Source of the DNA: an uncultured bacterium
GTDB taxonomy: Bacteria > Abyssobacteria > SURF-5 > CBDUXP01
DNA length: 64,000 nucleotides
NCBI GenBank assembly: GCA_965371225.1
Contig: CBDUXP010000003.1
Location: 73,840-137,839 of the forward strand
Direction of reading: 5' to 3'
This document shows positions 54,992-64,000 of this stretch, in pieces; position 1 is the stretch's first letter, and each line of letters opens with the position of its first letter. A program made the position numbers and the translations under genes. Below the pieces are notes generated by a model, which ran no database searches, was not told where the DNA came from, and saw only the letters and a list, made by a program, of their open reading frames with translations.

Positions 54992-56002
54992 ATGAGTGCC
55001 CGCGATCTAACCGGCCGGCAAAAAGCCGCCATCCTCATGGTCACGCTGGGGCCCGAGGCCTCCTCCGCGATCATGCAGCAGTTGTCCCCGGAAGACATGG
55101 AAGACCTGACGTTGGAAATCGCCAGCCTCGGGACCGTCTCTCCGGAGACGAAGGCCGACATCATTGATGAGTTTCACCAACTCGTGCTGGCGCGCGAGTA
55201 CGTATCGTTTGGAGGGATCGAGTACGCGCGGACCGTCCTCGAACAGGCCGTCGGCGAGGAAAAGGCGAGCCAGATCCTCGCGCGGCTGGAAAGCAACCTC
55301 CAGGAAATTCCGTTCGACTTCATCCGCAAGGCGGATCCCGTGCAGGTGCTCAACTTCATTGCGAGTGAGCACCCCCAGACCATCGCCCTCATCCTCGCGC
55401 ACCTGCCGCCGGGCACGGCTGCGACGGTCCTGGGGGCACTGCCGGAGGACTTGCAGACCGAGGTGACCCTGCGTATGTCCGTGTTGGAGCAGACCTCACC
55501 CGACATCGTGCGGGAAATCGAGGCAGTCCTGGAAAGCAAGATGGTCGAGCTGTTCCAGCCGGACATGCTGAAAGTCGGTGGGGTGCAGAACGTGGCCCAG
55601 ATTCTCACCATGGCCGACCGCTCCACGGAGAAGGGCATCCTCATGAACCTGCAGGAGCAGGACCCCGAACTCGCGGAGGAGATTCGCGCGCTCATGTTCG
55701 TCTTCGACGACATCGTGCTCGTCAACGATGCGGGCATTCAGCGCGTGCTCAAAGAGGTGGACAACAAGGATCTCTCGCTGGCGCTCAAAGCCGCCGCCGA
55801 TGAGGTCAAGGACAAAGTGTTCAACAACATGTCCAGCCGCGCGTCCGACATGATTCGCGAAGACATGGACTACATGGGGCCTGTCCGCCTGCGCGACGTG
55901 GAGGCCGCCCAATCGAAAATCGTCGAGGTGGTCCGCCGGCTCGATGATGCGGGCGAGATCATGATCGTCGGCCGCGGAGACGACGACGAGTTGGTCGGTT
56001 AG
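54992..56002 (+). CDS. fliG: flagellar motor switch protein FliG
   Basis: RQKAAILMVTLGPE ... EFHQL ... NDAGIQRVLKEVD ... family signatures. Confidence 0.85.
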   Translation: MSARDLTGRQKAAILMVTLGPEASSAIMQQLSPEDMEDLTLEIASLGTVSPETKADIIDEFHQLVLAREYVSFGGIEYARTVLEQAVGEEKASQILARLESNLQEIPFDFIRKADPVQVLNFIASEHPQTIALILAHLPPGTAATVLGALPEDLQTEVTLRMSVLEQTSPDIVREIEAVLESKMVELFQPDMLKVGGVQNVAQILTMADRSTEKGILMNLQEQDPELAEEIRALMFVFDDIVLVNDAGIQRVLKEVDNKDLSLALKAAADEVKDKVFNNMSSRASDMIREDMDYMGPVRLRDVEAAQSKIVEVVRRLDDAGEIMIVGRGDDDELVG

Positions 56003-56006
56003 CCCC

Positions 56007-56732
56007 ATGTCCCGCATCGTCCGCCCCGAAGAGGGCCTGCCCCTGACGCCGTTTGAGGAAGCGCCATTTACCGAAGCCGACATCGCCGGTGAGGCCCCCT
56101 CTCTCACCGAGGAGCTGATCACGCCGGAGGAGCGCTTGCGCCGCGCCGACGAAGAGGCGCGGGTGCTCATCGAACATGCCGAAGCGCAGGCGGCGGATAT
56201 TCGCCGGGCCGCCGAATCGCGTGGCCGAGCGGTGGGCGAAGCCACCGGAACGGCACAGGGGATGCAGGAATACGAGGCGATGACCGGGACCCTGCGCGCG
56301 GTCGCCGAGGCGGTCCAGGCCGAACAGCAGCGGCTCGAAGCGCAACTGACCGACAACGTGGTCGCCCTCGCCCTGGCCATCGTCCAGCGCATGCTCGGGG
56401 ACATCACCGGCGACCATCCCGAAACCATGCGCCACGTGACGACCCAGGCGGTCCGCGCATTGAGCGAGCGCGGCGCCGTGGCGGTGCACGTGCACCCCAC
56501 TGTGGTAGACGTGGTGGAGCGGGAACGCGAGTCGCTGCAACAGGCGTTTCCGGACGTGCACGACCTCACGATCGTCGCGGATGACGCGGTGGCGCCCGGC
56601 GGCTGTCTACTGGACACGCCCACCATCCAATTGGATGCCACTGTTGAGCGCGTCATCGAACGGATCCGCGCCGAGGCGGTGCCGGGCGGCGGCCGCATCG
56701 ACGCGCCCACGGCGGCGGAGGAGGAGGCCTAA
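56007..56732 (+). CDS. fliH: flagellar assembly protein FliH
   Basis: Position between fliG and fliI. Charged coiled-coil N-terminus and a FliH/YscL-like C-terminus. Confidence 0.6.
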   Translation: MSRIVRPEEGLPLTPFEEAPFTEADIAGEAPSLTEELITPEERLRRADEEARVLIEHAEAQAADIRRAAESRGRAVGEATGTAQGMQEYEAMTGTLRAVAEAVQAEQQRLEAQLTDNVVALALAIVQRMLGDITGDHPETMRHVTTQAVRALSERGAVAVHVHPTVVDVVERERESLQQAFPDVHDLTIVADDAVAPGGCLLDTPTIQLDATVERVIERIRAEAVPGGGRIDAPTAAEEEA

Positions 56733-56735
56733 CCC

Positions 56736-58073
56736 ATGGCGGTGGTAGACATGCCGGCCCTCCTCGACCGCATTCAGACTGCGCCCATCCACGTGGAGTG
56801 CGGGAAAGTCGTGCGCATCACCGGCCTGATCGTCGAAGCCACCAGCCCCGGGCTCGCGCTCGGCTCGCGCTGCGCGATCGCGGGCCCCCGCGGGTTGGAG
56901 CCCGTCCCCGCCGAAGTGGTCGGCTTTCGCGAGAACCGCGCGTTGCTCATGCCGTTCGGCTCCGTCCACGGCATCGGACCGGACTGCCGTGTGGTTCCCC
57001 ACCCGCGTCAGGATGAACTCGCCGTGGGCCACAACCTGCTGGGCCGCGTTCTGGACGGGTTGGGCCGGCCCATCGACGGGAAAGGTCCCGTCCCGGGCGA
57101 GGCCTACGTTCCCATCTACCGTCCGGCGCAACGGGCGCTCGCCCGCGCGCGGATCACGGAACCGCTCCCCCTGGGGATCGCGGCGATCGATGCGCCCCTC
57201 ACCATCGGACGCGGCCAGCGCATCGGGGTCTTCTCGGGCAGTGGCGTGGGCAAGAGCGTGCTGCTAGGCATGATCGCCCGGAACTCCGCGGCGTCGATCA
57301 ATGTGGTGGCGCTCATCGGCGAACGGGGACGGGAAGTGCGCGAATTCCTCGAAAAGAATCTGGGGCCCGAGGGATTGGCCCACAGCGTCGTGGTAGTCGT
57401 GACGTCGGACGAGTCCGCCCTGTTGCGCGTCCACGGCGCGGCCGTCGCGACCGCCATCGCGGAGTACTTCCGGGACCTGGGGAATGACGTGCTCTTCATG
57501 ATGGATTCCGTGACGCGGTTCGCCATGGCCCAGCGGGAGATCGGCCTCGCGGTGGGCGAGCCGCCGACCACAAAGGGCTATCCGCCCAGCGTGTTCGCCA
57601 TGTTGCCGCGCCTCCTGGAACGGACCGGCCACGCGCCTCACGGCAGCATCACCGGCATCTACGCCGTGTACGTGGAAGCGGACGACTTTAATGAGCCGAT
57701 CAGCGACGCGGTGCGCTCCGTGTTGGACGGCCACATCGCCTTGTCCCGGTCCTTGGCCGAACGGAACCAGTATCCGGCTGTGGACGTGCTGGCGTCCGTG
57801 AGCCGGCTGATGGTGGACATCGTCCCGCCCGCCCACCTGCGGGCGGCGCGGATCCTGCGCAACGTCCTGAGCACCTATCAGGAAGCGGAGGACCTGATCA
57901 ATATCGGCGCGTACGTGGCCGGTTCGAACGCGCGCATTGACTATGCCATGACCAAGTACGAGGCGGCGCAAGCCTTCCTGCGCCAACCCATCGACGGGCG
58001 GCGCGGGTGGGAGGACACCATTCCCCAGCTCGAGCAGCTCTTTGCCGACTATCCGTTCGAGGATATGGACTGA
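56736..58073 (+). CDS. fliI: flagellum-specific ATPase FliI
   Basis: Walker A (GSGVGKSVLLGMIA), Walker B (LFMMDSVTRFA) and a RecA-like T3SS ATPase core. Confidence 0.85.
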   Translation: MAVVDMPALLDRIQTAPIHVECGKVVRITGLIVEATSPGLALGSRCAIAGPRGLEPVPAEVVGFRENRALLMPFGSVHGIGPDCRVVPHPRQDELAVGHNLLGRVLDGLGRPIDGKGPVPGEAYVPIYRPAQRALARARITEPLPLGIAAIDAPLTIGRGQRIGVFSGSGVGKSVLLGMIARNSAASINVVALIGERGREVREFLEKNLGPEGLAHSVVVVVTSDESALLRVHGAAVATAIAEYFRDLGNDVLFMMDSVTRFAMAQREIGLAVGEPPTTKGYPPSVFAMLPRLLERTGHAPHGSITGIYAVYVEADDFNEPISDAVRSVLDGHIALSRSLAERNQYPAVDVLASVSRLMVDIVPPAHLRAARILRNVLSTYQEAEDLINIGAYVAGSNARIDYAMTKYEAAQAFLRQPIDGRRGWEDTIPQLEQLFADYPFEDMD

Positions 58074-58543
58074 TGGGGTTCCGCTTTCGGTTCGACACCT
58101 TGCTGCGACAGAAGCAGCGCGTGGTGGACGAAATCGCCAGCCGGTTGGCGCGCGCCATGCGCCTGGTGCACCAGGAACAGGACACGCTGGTCACGCTCAA
58201 GGATGCGCAGAACGCCCAGCAGCAGTACTACGCCGATTGCCTGGGGGACCCGCACCTGGACGCCCCCACCCTGCGGCGGGCGGTGCAGTACGCGCAGTTC
58301 CTCGACCAAGCGCTCGACGAGCAGCACGAGCGCATTCGAGAAATGACGGACCGCGCAGAGAAAATCCGTGCCTTGCTCGTGGAAGCCGAGCGCGGGAAGC
58401 AGGTCTTCAGCAACTTGAAGGAGCGCCGACGCACCCAGTTCTACCAGGACCTGGCGGCGCGGGAGCGGGCGCACTTCGACAGCATCGCCAACACGATCTT
58501 CACCGTGAAGCACCAGGCCGCCGTGCGGGAGCGCGAGGCGTAA
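58073..58543 (+). CDS. fliJ: flagellar export protein FliJ
   Basis: 156-aa coiled-coil protein immediately after fliI (ATG overlaps the fliI stop). FliJ-like heptad pattern. Confidence 0.55.
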   Translation: MGFRFRFDTLLRQKQRVVDEIASRLARAMRLVHQEQDTLVTLKDAQNAQQQYYADCLGDPHLDAPTLRRAVQYAQFLDQALDEQHERIREMTDRAEKIRALLVEAERGKQVFSNLKERRRTQFYQDLAARERAHFDSIANTIFTVKHQAAVREREA

Positions 58544-58546
58544 GGC

Positions 58547-59098
58547 ATGCGCGGCAGCCTGATCTTTCTCGTCTTTGTCCTCACCCTGGTGGGGGTGTCC
58601 TACTTCTTGCTGAACCAGCAGGGACTTTGGGGCGAAGAGGGCGTGGACCTGCTGTGGACGCTCCGCGCCACGCCAGAACCCCCGGCGCGCGAACGCGTGG
58701 ATCCCACGCCCCTTGCGGCCCTCCTGAGAGAAGAAGCGGCTGCCGTGGAAGAGGCGCGCGTGAACCTGGACCGTGAGCGGGAACAGTTCGCGGTGGAACG
58801 CGAGTCGCTCGACGCGCAACGGGAGGCGATGGCGGCGGAGCTGGAGGCGGTGCGCCGCTACCGAGAAGAATTGGATCGCCAGCAGGAGGCCAACGTGGCG
58901 GCGTTAAGCCGCATGTTATCCACCATGGACGCGGCGGCAGCGGCGCAGATCGTCGAGAAGCTGCCCGAACGCCTGGCCGTGACCGTGCTGCTGGAGTCGA
59001 AACAACGCGAATCCGGTGCGATTCTGGAGGAGATGAATCCCGAGAAGGCCGCTCTGCTCAGTGAGCGGATCGCTCGGGCTGACCTGCCAGCGTCGTAA
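58547..59098 (+). CDS. flagellar protein with MgtE-N-like domain (MotE/YlxF-like)
   Basis: N-terminal TM segment, then a charged coiled coil. Its position after fliJ matches YlxF in Bacillus-type fla operons. Confidence 0.45.
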   Translation: MRGSLIFLVFVLTLVGVSYFLLNQQGLWGEEGVDLLWTLRATPEPPARERVDPTPLAALLREEAAAVEEARVNLDREREQFAVERESLDAQREAMAAELEAVRRYREELDRQQEANVAALSRMLSTMDAAAAAQIVEKLPERLAVTVLLESKQRESGAILEEMNPEKAALLSERIARADLPAS

Positions 59099-59156
59099 CA
59101 CCCGGTCGGGAGACCGAACCGGAAATCTTGAGAGAAAGGAGGTGAAACTTATAGAT

Positions 59157-61136
59157 ATGCAGACAACTTCATCGGTGGATCTGTTAGCGCTTCTCGGCCT
59201 ACCGCCGCTCGGCTCGGGCATGCCCGGCGCCGCGCTGGCGGGGTTCGAGACGTTCGACGCGCTGTTTCAGCACGCGCTGAGCGTCTTCGGCTTGGCCGAG
59301 AGCGACCCGCAGGCCGCCGAACTGTCTGCCATGCTTGTGCAACACGTCCCGCTGTTCGCGGATACCGGCAGCGACGATGCGGCAAATGCGCCACCCGATG
59401 GCGTCGCGGCGATCGCGACGGCGTTGGGGGCCGGACTGCCGGCTCACGCCCCGCCCTCTGGCGCGGCGCCGCCGGAGTCTCCCAATGCCACCGTCGCCAC
59501 CGAGTTCGGGAATCAGCTCGGGACACCCGTGCCATTGCCAGCCGTACCGGCGGGCAGCACACCCGTGCCGGCGTCCGTTCCCGCGCTACCCGCGCCGGGA
59601 CCGTTCACCGTACCGGTCCCGCTTCCGGAACCGACGGGTGTGTTCGCTCCACTGGTCCCGCTTCCGGAACCGGCAGGTGCGTTTATCACGCCGCCCCGAG
59701 CGCTCGGCCAACCGGTCGAGCCGGTGGGGGGGAATGATAGCGTGCCGGTGCTGCGGATGGGTCCGAGTGCTGGGCATGTCGGTGACTTGCCGACCGCTGC
59801 CGGGGCACCACCCGGTCCGGTCGTGGCAGCCGCCGCGACGAGTGCCGAGGGGCCGCGTGCCCCAGCGGTGCTCACCGCACTGACGACCGTGCTGCCGGCG
59901 GATACGCCGCCGGAAGCGCCCGTTGGGGCACCCGCACCCGTATCCGAGCCCGGGCCGCTGCTGGAAGCGCGTCCACCGGTACCGACACCACCCACGTCGG
60001 TCCCCGCGCTCGCGTCTGCGCTTCCCGCGCGGACTGCGAGTCCGGAACACACGCCCACCGTGCCAGCTTCGGCCGGTACTGTGGCGGCTGGACCGCCAGA
60101 GGCGACTGTGTTGGAAGGGCGAGCGCCGCTCCCGGCGACCGCAACTCCGACGCTGCTGCCGGCTCGTGGCGAAGTGCCTGTCCCGTCCAACGCGGCGGTG
60201 GAGGCTCCACGCCCGGCCGACGCGCCACGGGCGGCCCCGGTCGACCTGCCGCGGTTCACGCCGCTGCCGGACGCGACCGTGTCCCCCGTGACCTTTGCGG
60301 GGCGGCCGGCCAGCGCCCTCGTGCGCACCCTGCTGTCTGAGGATAAACCCGCGACGGAGCCGTCCAACGCTCCGCCACCGGTGAATCCACCGGCAGTGGA
60401 CGCGCCCGAGATGCGTGCTGCGAGTCCGTTCCGGTTGCCCGTGACGGCGGAGCAGGCGATGCCGCCTGCCGATAGCTCCGAACCGCCCCCGGCGGTGGAG
60501 CAATTGGCGGAGCGCCTTGAGGCGCTTCGGGCGGCGCGCAGTAGCATCCTGCCGGAGCAGGCGGCCCCCCGGGCTGCCGCAGCGCCTCAGGCCGTCGGGC
60601 TTGAGCGCTTGGCGAACGCGGAGATCGGGCCGGTGACCTTCACGGGTGCGATCGACGTGCCGGAACAGGCGGCCCGGGCGGAATCGCTCGGGACCGGCTC
60701 GGGGAAGGCGACGTCACTGGACCGGCTGCCCGATCAGATCGTGCGGTCGGCGCGGTTCCTGGTGCGCGAGCATGGCGGAGTCGTTCATCTGCGCCTGGAG
60801 CCTCAGGCCCTGGGACGCCTCACCATCCACGTGATGCAAGACCGCGATGTGGTCCTCATCGAGTTGGCGGTGCAGTCGCACCAGGTCCGCGAGGTGCTGC
60901 AGGAGCAGTTACCGCAATTACGACAACAATTGACCGATCAGGGGTTGGTGTTCCACGACCTGACCATCTCTACGGAGATGGAGGACCGTGGGGAACCGAC
61001 CAACCGCGGCGACGGGCAACCGACCCACACATCACAGCGTGGGCGGATGCACGACGCGGCGGCTCCGGCGTCTGTTGAGGGCGGCCCACCCACGGCCGTG
61101 CTTCTCCATGGCGGGCGCTTGGACCTGGTCGCGTAG
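59157..61136 (+). CDS. fliK: flagellar hook-length control protein FliK
   Basis: Long Pro/Ala-rich repetitive central region. Conserved FliK C-terminal domain (LRLEPQALGRLTIHVMQDRDVVLIELAVQSHQVREVL). Ribosome-binding site AAAGGAGGTG. Confidence 0.55.
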   Translation: MQTTSSVDLLALLGLPPLGSGMPGAALAGFETFDALFQHALSVFGLAESDPQAAELSAMLVQHVPLFADTGSDDAANAPPDGVAAIATALGAGLPAHAPPSGAAPPESPNATVATEFGNQLGTPVPLPAVPAGSTPVPASVPALPAPGPFTVPVPLPEPTGVFAPLVPLPEPAGAFITPPRALGQPVEPVGGNDSVPVLRMGPSAGHVGDLPTAAGAPPGPVVAAAATSAEGPRAPAVLTALTTVLPADTPPEAPVGAPAPVSEPGPLLEARPPVPTPPTSVPALASALPARTASPEHTPTVPASAGTVAAGPPEATVLEGRAPLPATATPTLLPARGEVPVPSNAAVEAPRPADAPRAAPVDLPRFTPLPDATVSPVTFAGRPASALVRTLLSEDKPATEPSNAPPPVNPPAVDAPEMRAASPFRLPVTAEQAMPPADSSEPPPAVEQLAERLEALRAARSSILPEQAAPRAAAAPQAVGLERLANAEIGPVTFTGAIDVPEQAARAESLGTGSGKATSLDRLPDQIVRSARFLVREHGGVVHLRLEPQALGRLTIHVMQDRDVVLIELAVQSHQVREVLQEQLPQLRQQLTDQGLVFHDLTISTEMEDRGEPTNRGDGQPTHTSQRGRMHDAAAPASVEGGPPTAVLLHGGRLDLVA

Positions 61137-61159
61137 AGAAAGGATACAGGGATGACGCA

Positions 61160-61615
61160 ATGATCATTCCGCTGACTAGCGGTGCTGATGCCACTGATCG
61201 CATGAACGAGCAGATTGCGGAATTGGTGGAACAGGGCCGTACGAAAAATCAACTGCAACAGAGCGACTTTCTTATGCTCATGGTCGCGCAATTGCAGCAT
61301 CAGGATCCGCTGGACCCCGTGTCCGACGCGGAATTCCTGTCGCAGATCACCCAGTTCAATATTCTGGACGAGGTGAAAGCGTTCAACGCTGCACTCGCGA
61401 GCATGGAAGCCTTCCAGGCCACAGGGCTCATCGGCAAGCGTGTCGAAGGGATCCTGGAGCAGGGGGGCGTCGTGCAAGGCGAAGTGGTGGAGGTCATTCT
61501 GCTGAATGACACGGCCACACTCGTCCTGGACACGGGCCACACCTTGTCGATGGCTGGATTGGTGCGGGTGCTGCCGCCGGCGGTGCCTGACACTGCTGCC
61601 CCAGCTGCCGCGTAA
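61160..61615 (+). CDS. flgD: flagellar hook assembly (capping) protein FlgD
   Basis: SDFLMLMVAQLQHQDPLDPVSDAEFLSQI is the FlgD N-terminal signature. Confidence 0.65.
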   Translation: MIIPLTSGADATDRMNEQIAELVEQGRTKNQLQQSDFLMLMVAQLQHQDPLDPVSDAEFLSQITQFNILDEVKAFNAALASMEAFQATGLIGKRVEGILEQGGVVQGEVVEVILLNDTATLVLDTGHTLSMAGLVRVLPPAVPDTAAPAAA

Positions 61616-61627
61616 GAGGATCGCTCC

Positions 61628-62062
61628 ATGGTAGATGCGGACAAGGTCCACGGCGCCGCGCGATCGATCGGTCCGATCGAGCGCCCGACACCGCAACGGT
61701 CCGACGCACAGGAGGCCGCCGGGACATCGTTTGACACGGTCCTGCGCGACACCCTGCAGCGGCAACCGGTGCGGTTCAGTGCGCATGCGGAGGCGCGCCT
61801 GCGGGCCCGGTCCATTACCTTGACGCCCGACGCGGAGCAGCGGCTCGCCGAGGCCGTCGCGGCAGCGGATGCGAAATCCGCACGCGATGCCCTGGTGCTG
61901 CTCGACGGCATCGGTCTCGTGGTCAACGTTCCCAACCGCGTGGTGGTCACGGCTCTGGAGCCGGACACTGCGGCGGCGACGGTGATCACGAACATCGATA
62001 GCGCCGTCATTGCGCCCGCCGGGCGGAGTGCAGATAGCGAAAGACATAAGCCGCAGGGGTAG
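61628..62062 (+). CDS. flagellar operon protein of unknown function (TIGR02530-like, between flgD and flgE)
   Basis: Small protein at the position where Clostridia/Bacilli carry a conserved 'flagellar operon protein' gene. The assignment is positional plus weak sequence resemblance. Confidence 0.35.
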   Translation: MVDADKVHGAARSIGPIERPTPQRSDAQEAAGTSFDTVLRDTLQRQPVRFSAHAEARLRARSITLTPDAEQRLAEAVAAADAKSARDALVLLDGIGLVVNVPNRVVVTALEPDTAAATVITNIDSAVIAPAGRSADSERHKPQG

Positions 62063-62154
62063 TCGACCCCTCCCGACTGGACCTCCTGGAGGAGGTCGGG
62101 CCGGCGCGGACTGACTGAAGCGCCGGTCGGCTTAGAGAGTGAGGAAATTGGGCA

Positions 62155-63828
62155 ATGGGTGTAACAACAGCCCTTTCCAATGGTATATCGGGGCTCCTGA
62201 CCCTAGGAGACGCGTTGAACGTGATCGGGGACAACCTCGCGAACGTGAATACAACGGGTTTCAAGGCCAGTTCCCCCCTGTTCGAAACTGTGTTCTCTCA
62301 GACCGTCTCTGGGGGAACCGCGCCGAGCGGCGCGCTGTTCGGCACCAATCCCAGCCAGTTGGGCCTGGGGGTGACCGCAGCGACCATTCGCCGCAGCTTC
62401 ACGCAAGGCTCGTTGGCGTCCACGGGTGATTCCAACGACCTGGCCATTCTCGGTGCCGGCTTCTTCGTCCTGGCCGATGCCAACGCGCAGAACGTGAGTT
62501 ACACGCGCGATGGCTCGTTCGGGGTGGCGGATGACGGCACGCTGGTGGATCCCGCGACCGGGCTAGCCCTCCAAGGGTTCCAGGCCGTGAACGGGGTCGT
62601 GAACACGAGCGGCGTACCCACGTCGATCGTCATCCCTGCGGGGTTGGCGCTCGCACAGGCGACCCAGAACGCGTTCTTCAGTGGCAACTTTGACGCCAGC
62701 GGCTTGATCGCGGTGGACGGCAACACCAACACCGGCCCCATGCTGGAAGCTGGTGCTGGGGTGTTCGCCGTAGCGGGCACGCTGCTGACGGCCCTGGAGT
62801 TCCCCACCGCGACGGTGTTGGGCCTCGCGGTCGGGGATGTGATCACCCTGAATGCCATGAAGGGCACGGGGAGCATCGCGCCGGCCACGTTCACGGTGGC
62901 GGCGGGTTCCACGTACAACGACCTGGCGACGTTCCTGCAGGCCTCCTTGGGCCTCGTGGCTGGGACCGTGACCATTAGCGGAACGGGGGAGCTCGTGGTG
63001 GTGTCCGACATTGGAACGGACAACCTCATCACGGACATTTCCCTGAACTCTAATGGAGCTGGGGCTGCGCCGTTCAATGCCCTGTTCGACCCGCTCGTGG
63101 GCAACACGTTCGCGATCACGGCGGCGACGCAGGCGGGCGAGAGCTTCACGGTCAGCGGACTGACCGTGTTCGACTCGCTCGGGAACAGCGTGCCGCTGAC
63201 CGTCACGTTCGTGCGCACGGGTCCGTCCACGGTGCAGTACTTCGCCGAGAGCCCCTTGGGTTCGCCGGTGGGCAACGGGACGCTCACGTATGACGTCAAC
63301 GGTCAACTCGTCAGCGCCCTGGATGCCATGGGCGGTGTCGCCCAGGTGGTCATTCCACGGACGGCGACGGGCGCGCTCGATCCGCTCATCGTGGCGCTGG
63401 ACTTCACCGGCACCTCGTACCTCGCCGGCCAGGCTGATCTGGCCCTGAATAATCAGGACGGCTTCCCCCAGGGTGACCTGGTGGAATTCTTCGTCGGCGT
63501 CGACGGGGTGATCACCGGCCAGTTCAGCAACGGCCTGTCCCAGAGCCTGGGGCAGATCGCTCTGGCCACGTTCAACAACCCGGTGGGTTTGCTCACCGTG
63601 GGGGAAAATCGGTTCGTGGTGTCGCCCAATTCTGGGGATCCCCAGGTGGGCGTGCCGACCGTGGGCGGGCGTGGCAGCCTGGCCAGCGGCTTCCTGGAAG
63701 GGTCGAACACCGACCTCGCCCGGGAGTTCAGCAACACGATCGTGGTGCAACGGGGGTTCCAGGCGAACGCCCGGACCATCACGGTAGCCGATACGTTGCT
63801 CCAGGAGCTGATCAGCCTGGTCCGGTAA
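62155..63828 (+). CDS. flgE: flagellar hook protein FlgE
   Basis: N-terminal ALSNGISGLLT ... IGDNLANVNTTGFK and C-terminal GFLEGSNTDLAREFSNTIVVQRGFQANARTITVADTLLQELISL. Confidence 0.8.
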   Translation: MGVTTALSNGISGLLTLGDALNVIGDNLANVNTTGFKASSPLFETVFSQTVSGGTAPSGALFGTNPSQLGLGVTAATIRRSFTQGSLASTGDSNDLAILGAGFFVLADANAQNVSYTRDGSFGVADDGTLVDPATGLALQGFQAVNGVVNTSGVPTSIVIPAGLALAQATQNAFFSGNFDASGLIAVDGNTNTGPMLEAGAGVFAVAGTLLTALEFPTATVLGLAVGDVITLNAMKGTGSIAPATFTVAAGSTYNDLATFLQASLGLVAGTVTISGTGELVVVSDIGTDNLITDISLNSNGAGAAPFNALFDPLVGNTFAITAATQAGESFTVSGLTVFDSLGNSVPLTVTFVRTGPSTVQYFAESPLGSPVGNGTLTYDVNGQLVSALDAMGGVAQVVIPRTATGALDPLIVALDFTGTSYLAGQADLALNNQDGFPQGDLVEFFVGVDGVITGQFSNGLSQSLGQIALATFNNPVGLLTVGENRFVVSPNSGDPQVGVPTVGGRGSLASGFLEGSNTDLAREFSNTIVVQRGFQANARTITVADTLLQELISLVR

Positions 63829-63909
63829 ACATGACGGCGTTCTGGTCGGTCCGGCGGCAGCCGCCGCCGGGCCGGCCGCCCGGACGCCGGGAAAGATGAC
63901 GCGCGGCGC

Positions 63910-64000
63910 ATGATTATGGTCACCCGGCTGGACGGGACCCAGGTCACTCTGAACGCAGACATGGTAAAATTTATCGAAGCCACGCCGGACACCATCATTA
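63910..64000 (+). CDS. flbD: flagellar protein FlbD (partial, truncated by the window end)
   Basis: MIMVTRLDGTQVTLNADMVKFIEATPDTII matches the FlbD family N-terminus. Its position after flgE matches fla operons. Confidence 0.45.
   Translation, partial: MIMVTRLDGTQVTLNADMVKFIEATPDTII

Noticed and set aside
1-64000. CRISPR arrays, transposases, integrases or prophage genes
   Set aside because: No regularly spaced direct repeats and no ORFs with transposase/integrase/recombinase motifs were seen. The only repeats are short regulatory palindromes and proline-rich protein-coding repeats (FliK, TPR protein).

Overview
This is a high-GC (~70%) bacterial chromosomal segment that is densely coding on both strands. 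I call about 60 genes and see no obvious mobile elements or CRISPR array.

Gene content in order:
- a YfhO-family membrane protein;
- a compact cluster of a methyltransferase, a COQ7-like di-iron protein and a ThyX-like protein (2627-5609), with start/stop overlaps suggesting translational coupling;
- a znuABC-like metal ABC transporter on the minus strand;
- plsC and tRNA-Trp;
- a TetR regulator with a perfect operator palindrome, followed by an ilvE-like aminotransferase and queG;
- two tandem paralogs of an alpha/beta-hydrolase fused to a class III nucleotidyl cyclase, plus a third stand-alone hydrolase;
- an AlsS-like acetolactate synthase, convergent with a lower-GC outer-membrane beta-barrel gene;
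- a GT2 glycosyltransferase and a secreted cytochrome c fusion protein;
- an ACC-deaminase/D-cysteine desulfhydrase family enzyme;
- a 2-hydroxyacyl-CoA dehydratase operon (activase plus two subunits) behind an AT-rich promoter island;
- a TrmH-family RNA methyltransferase;
- a leucine-catabolic liu cluster (MCC beta, methylglutaconyl-CoA hydratase, MCC alpha split into BC and BCCP ORFs, HMG-CoA lyase);
- two tandem DUF374 genes, an NMO-family protein, a secreted beta-helix protein, alanine dehydrogenase, ileS, a DksA/TraR protein with a lysine-rich tail, lspA and lgt;
- a PtsN-like EIIA domain fused to a zinc ribbon;
- a flagellar regulatory module (TPR protein, FlgN-like, PAS histidine kinase, sigma-54 response regulator) leading into a sigma-54 promoter;
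- a Bacillus-type flagellar operon: flgB, flgC, fliE, fliF, fliG, fliH, fliI, fliJ, MotE-like, fliK, flgD, a TIGR02530-like gene, flgE, and the start of flbD.

All functional calls are by eye from motifs and gene neighbourhood; no searches were run. Gene starts are approximate in several places.
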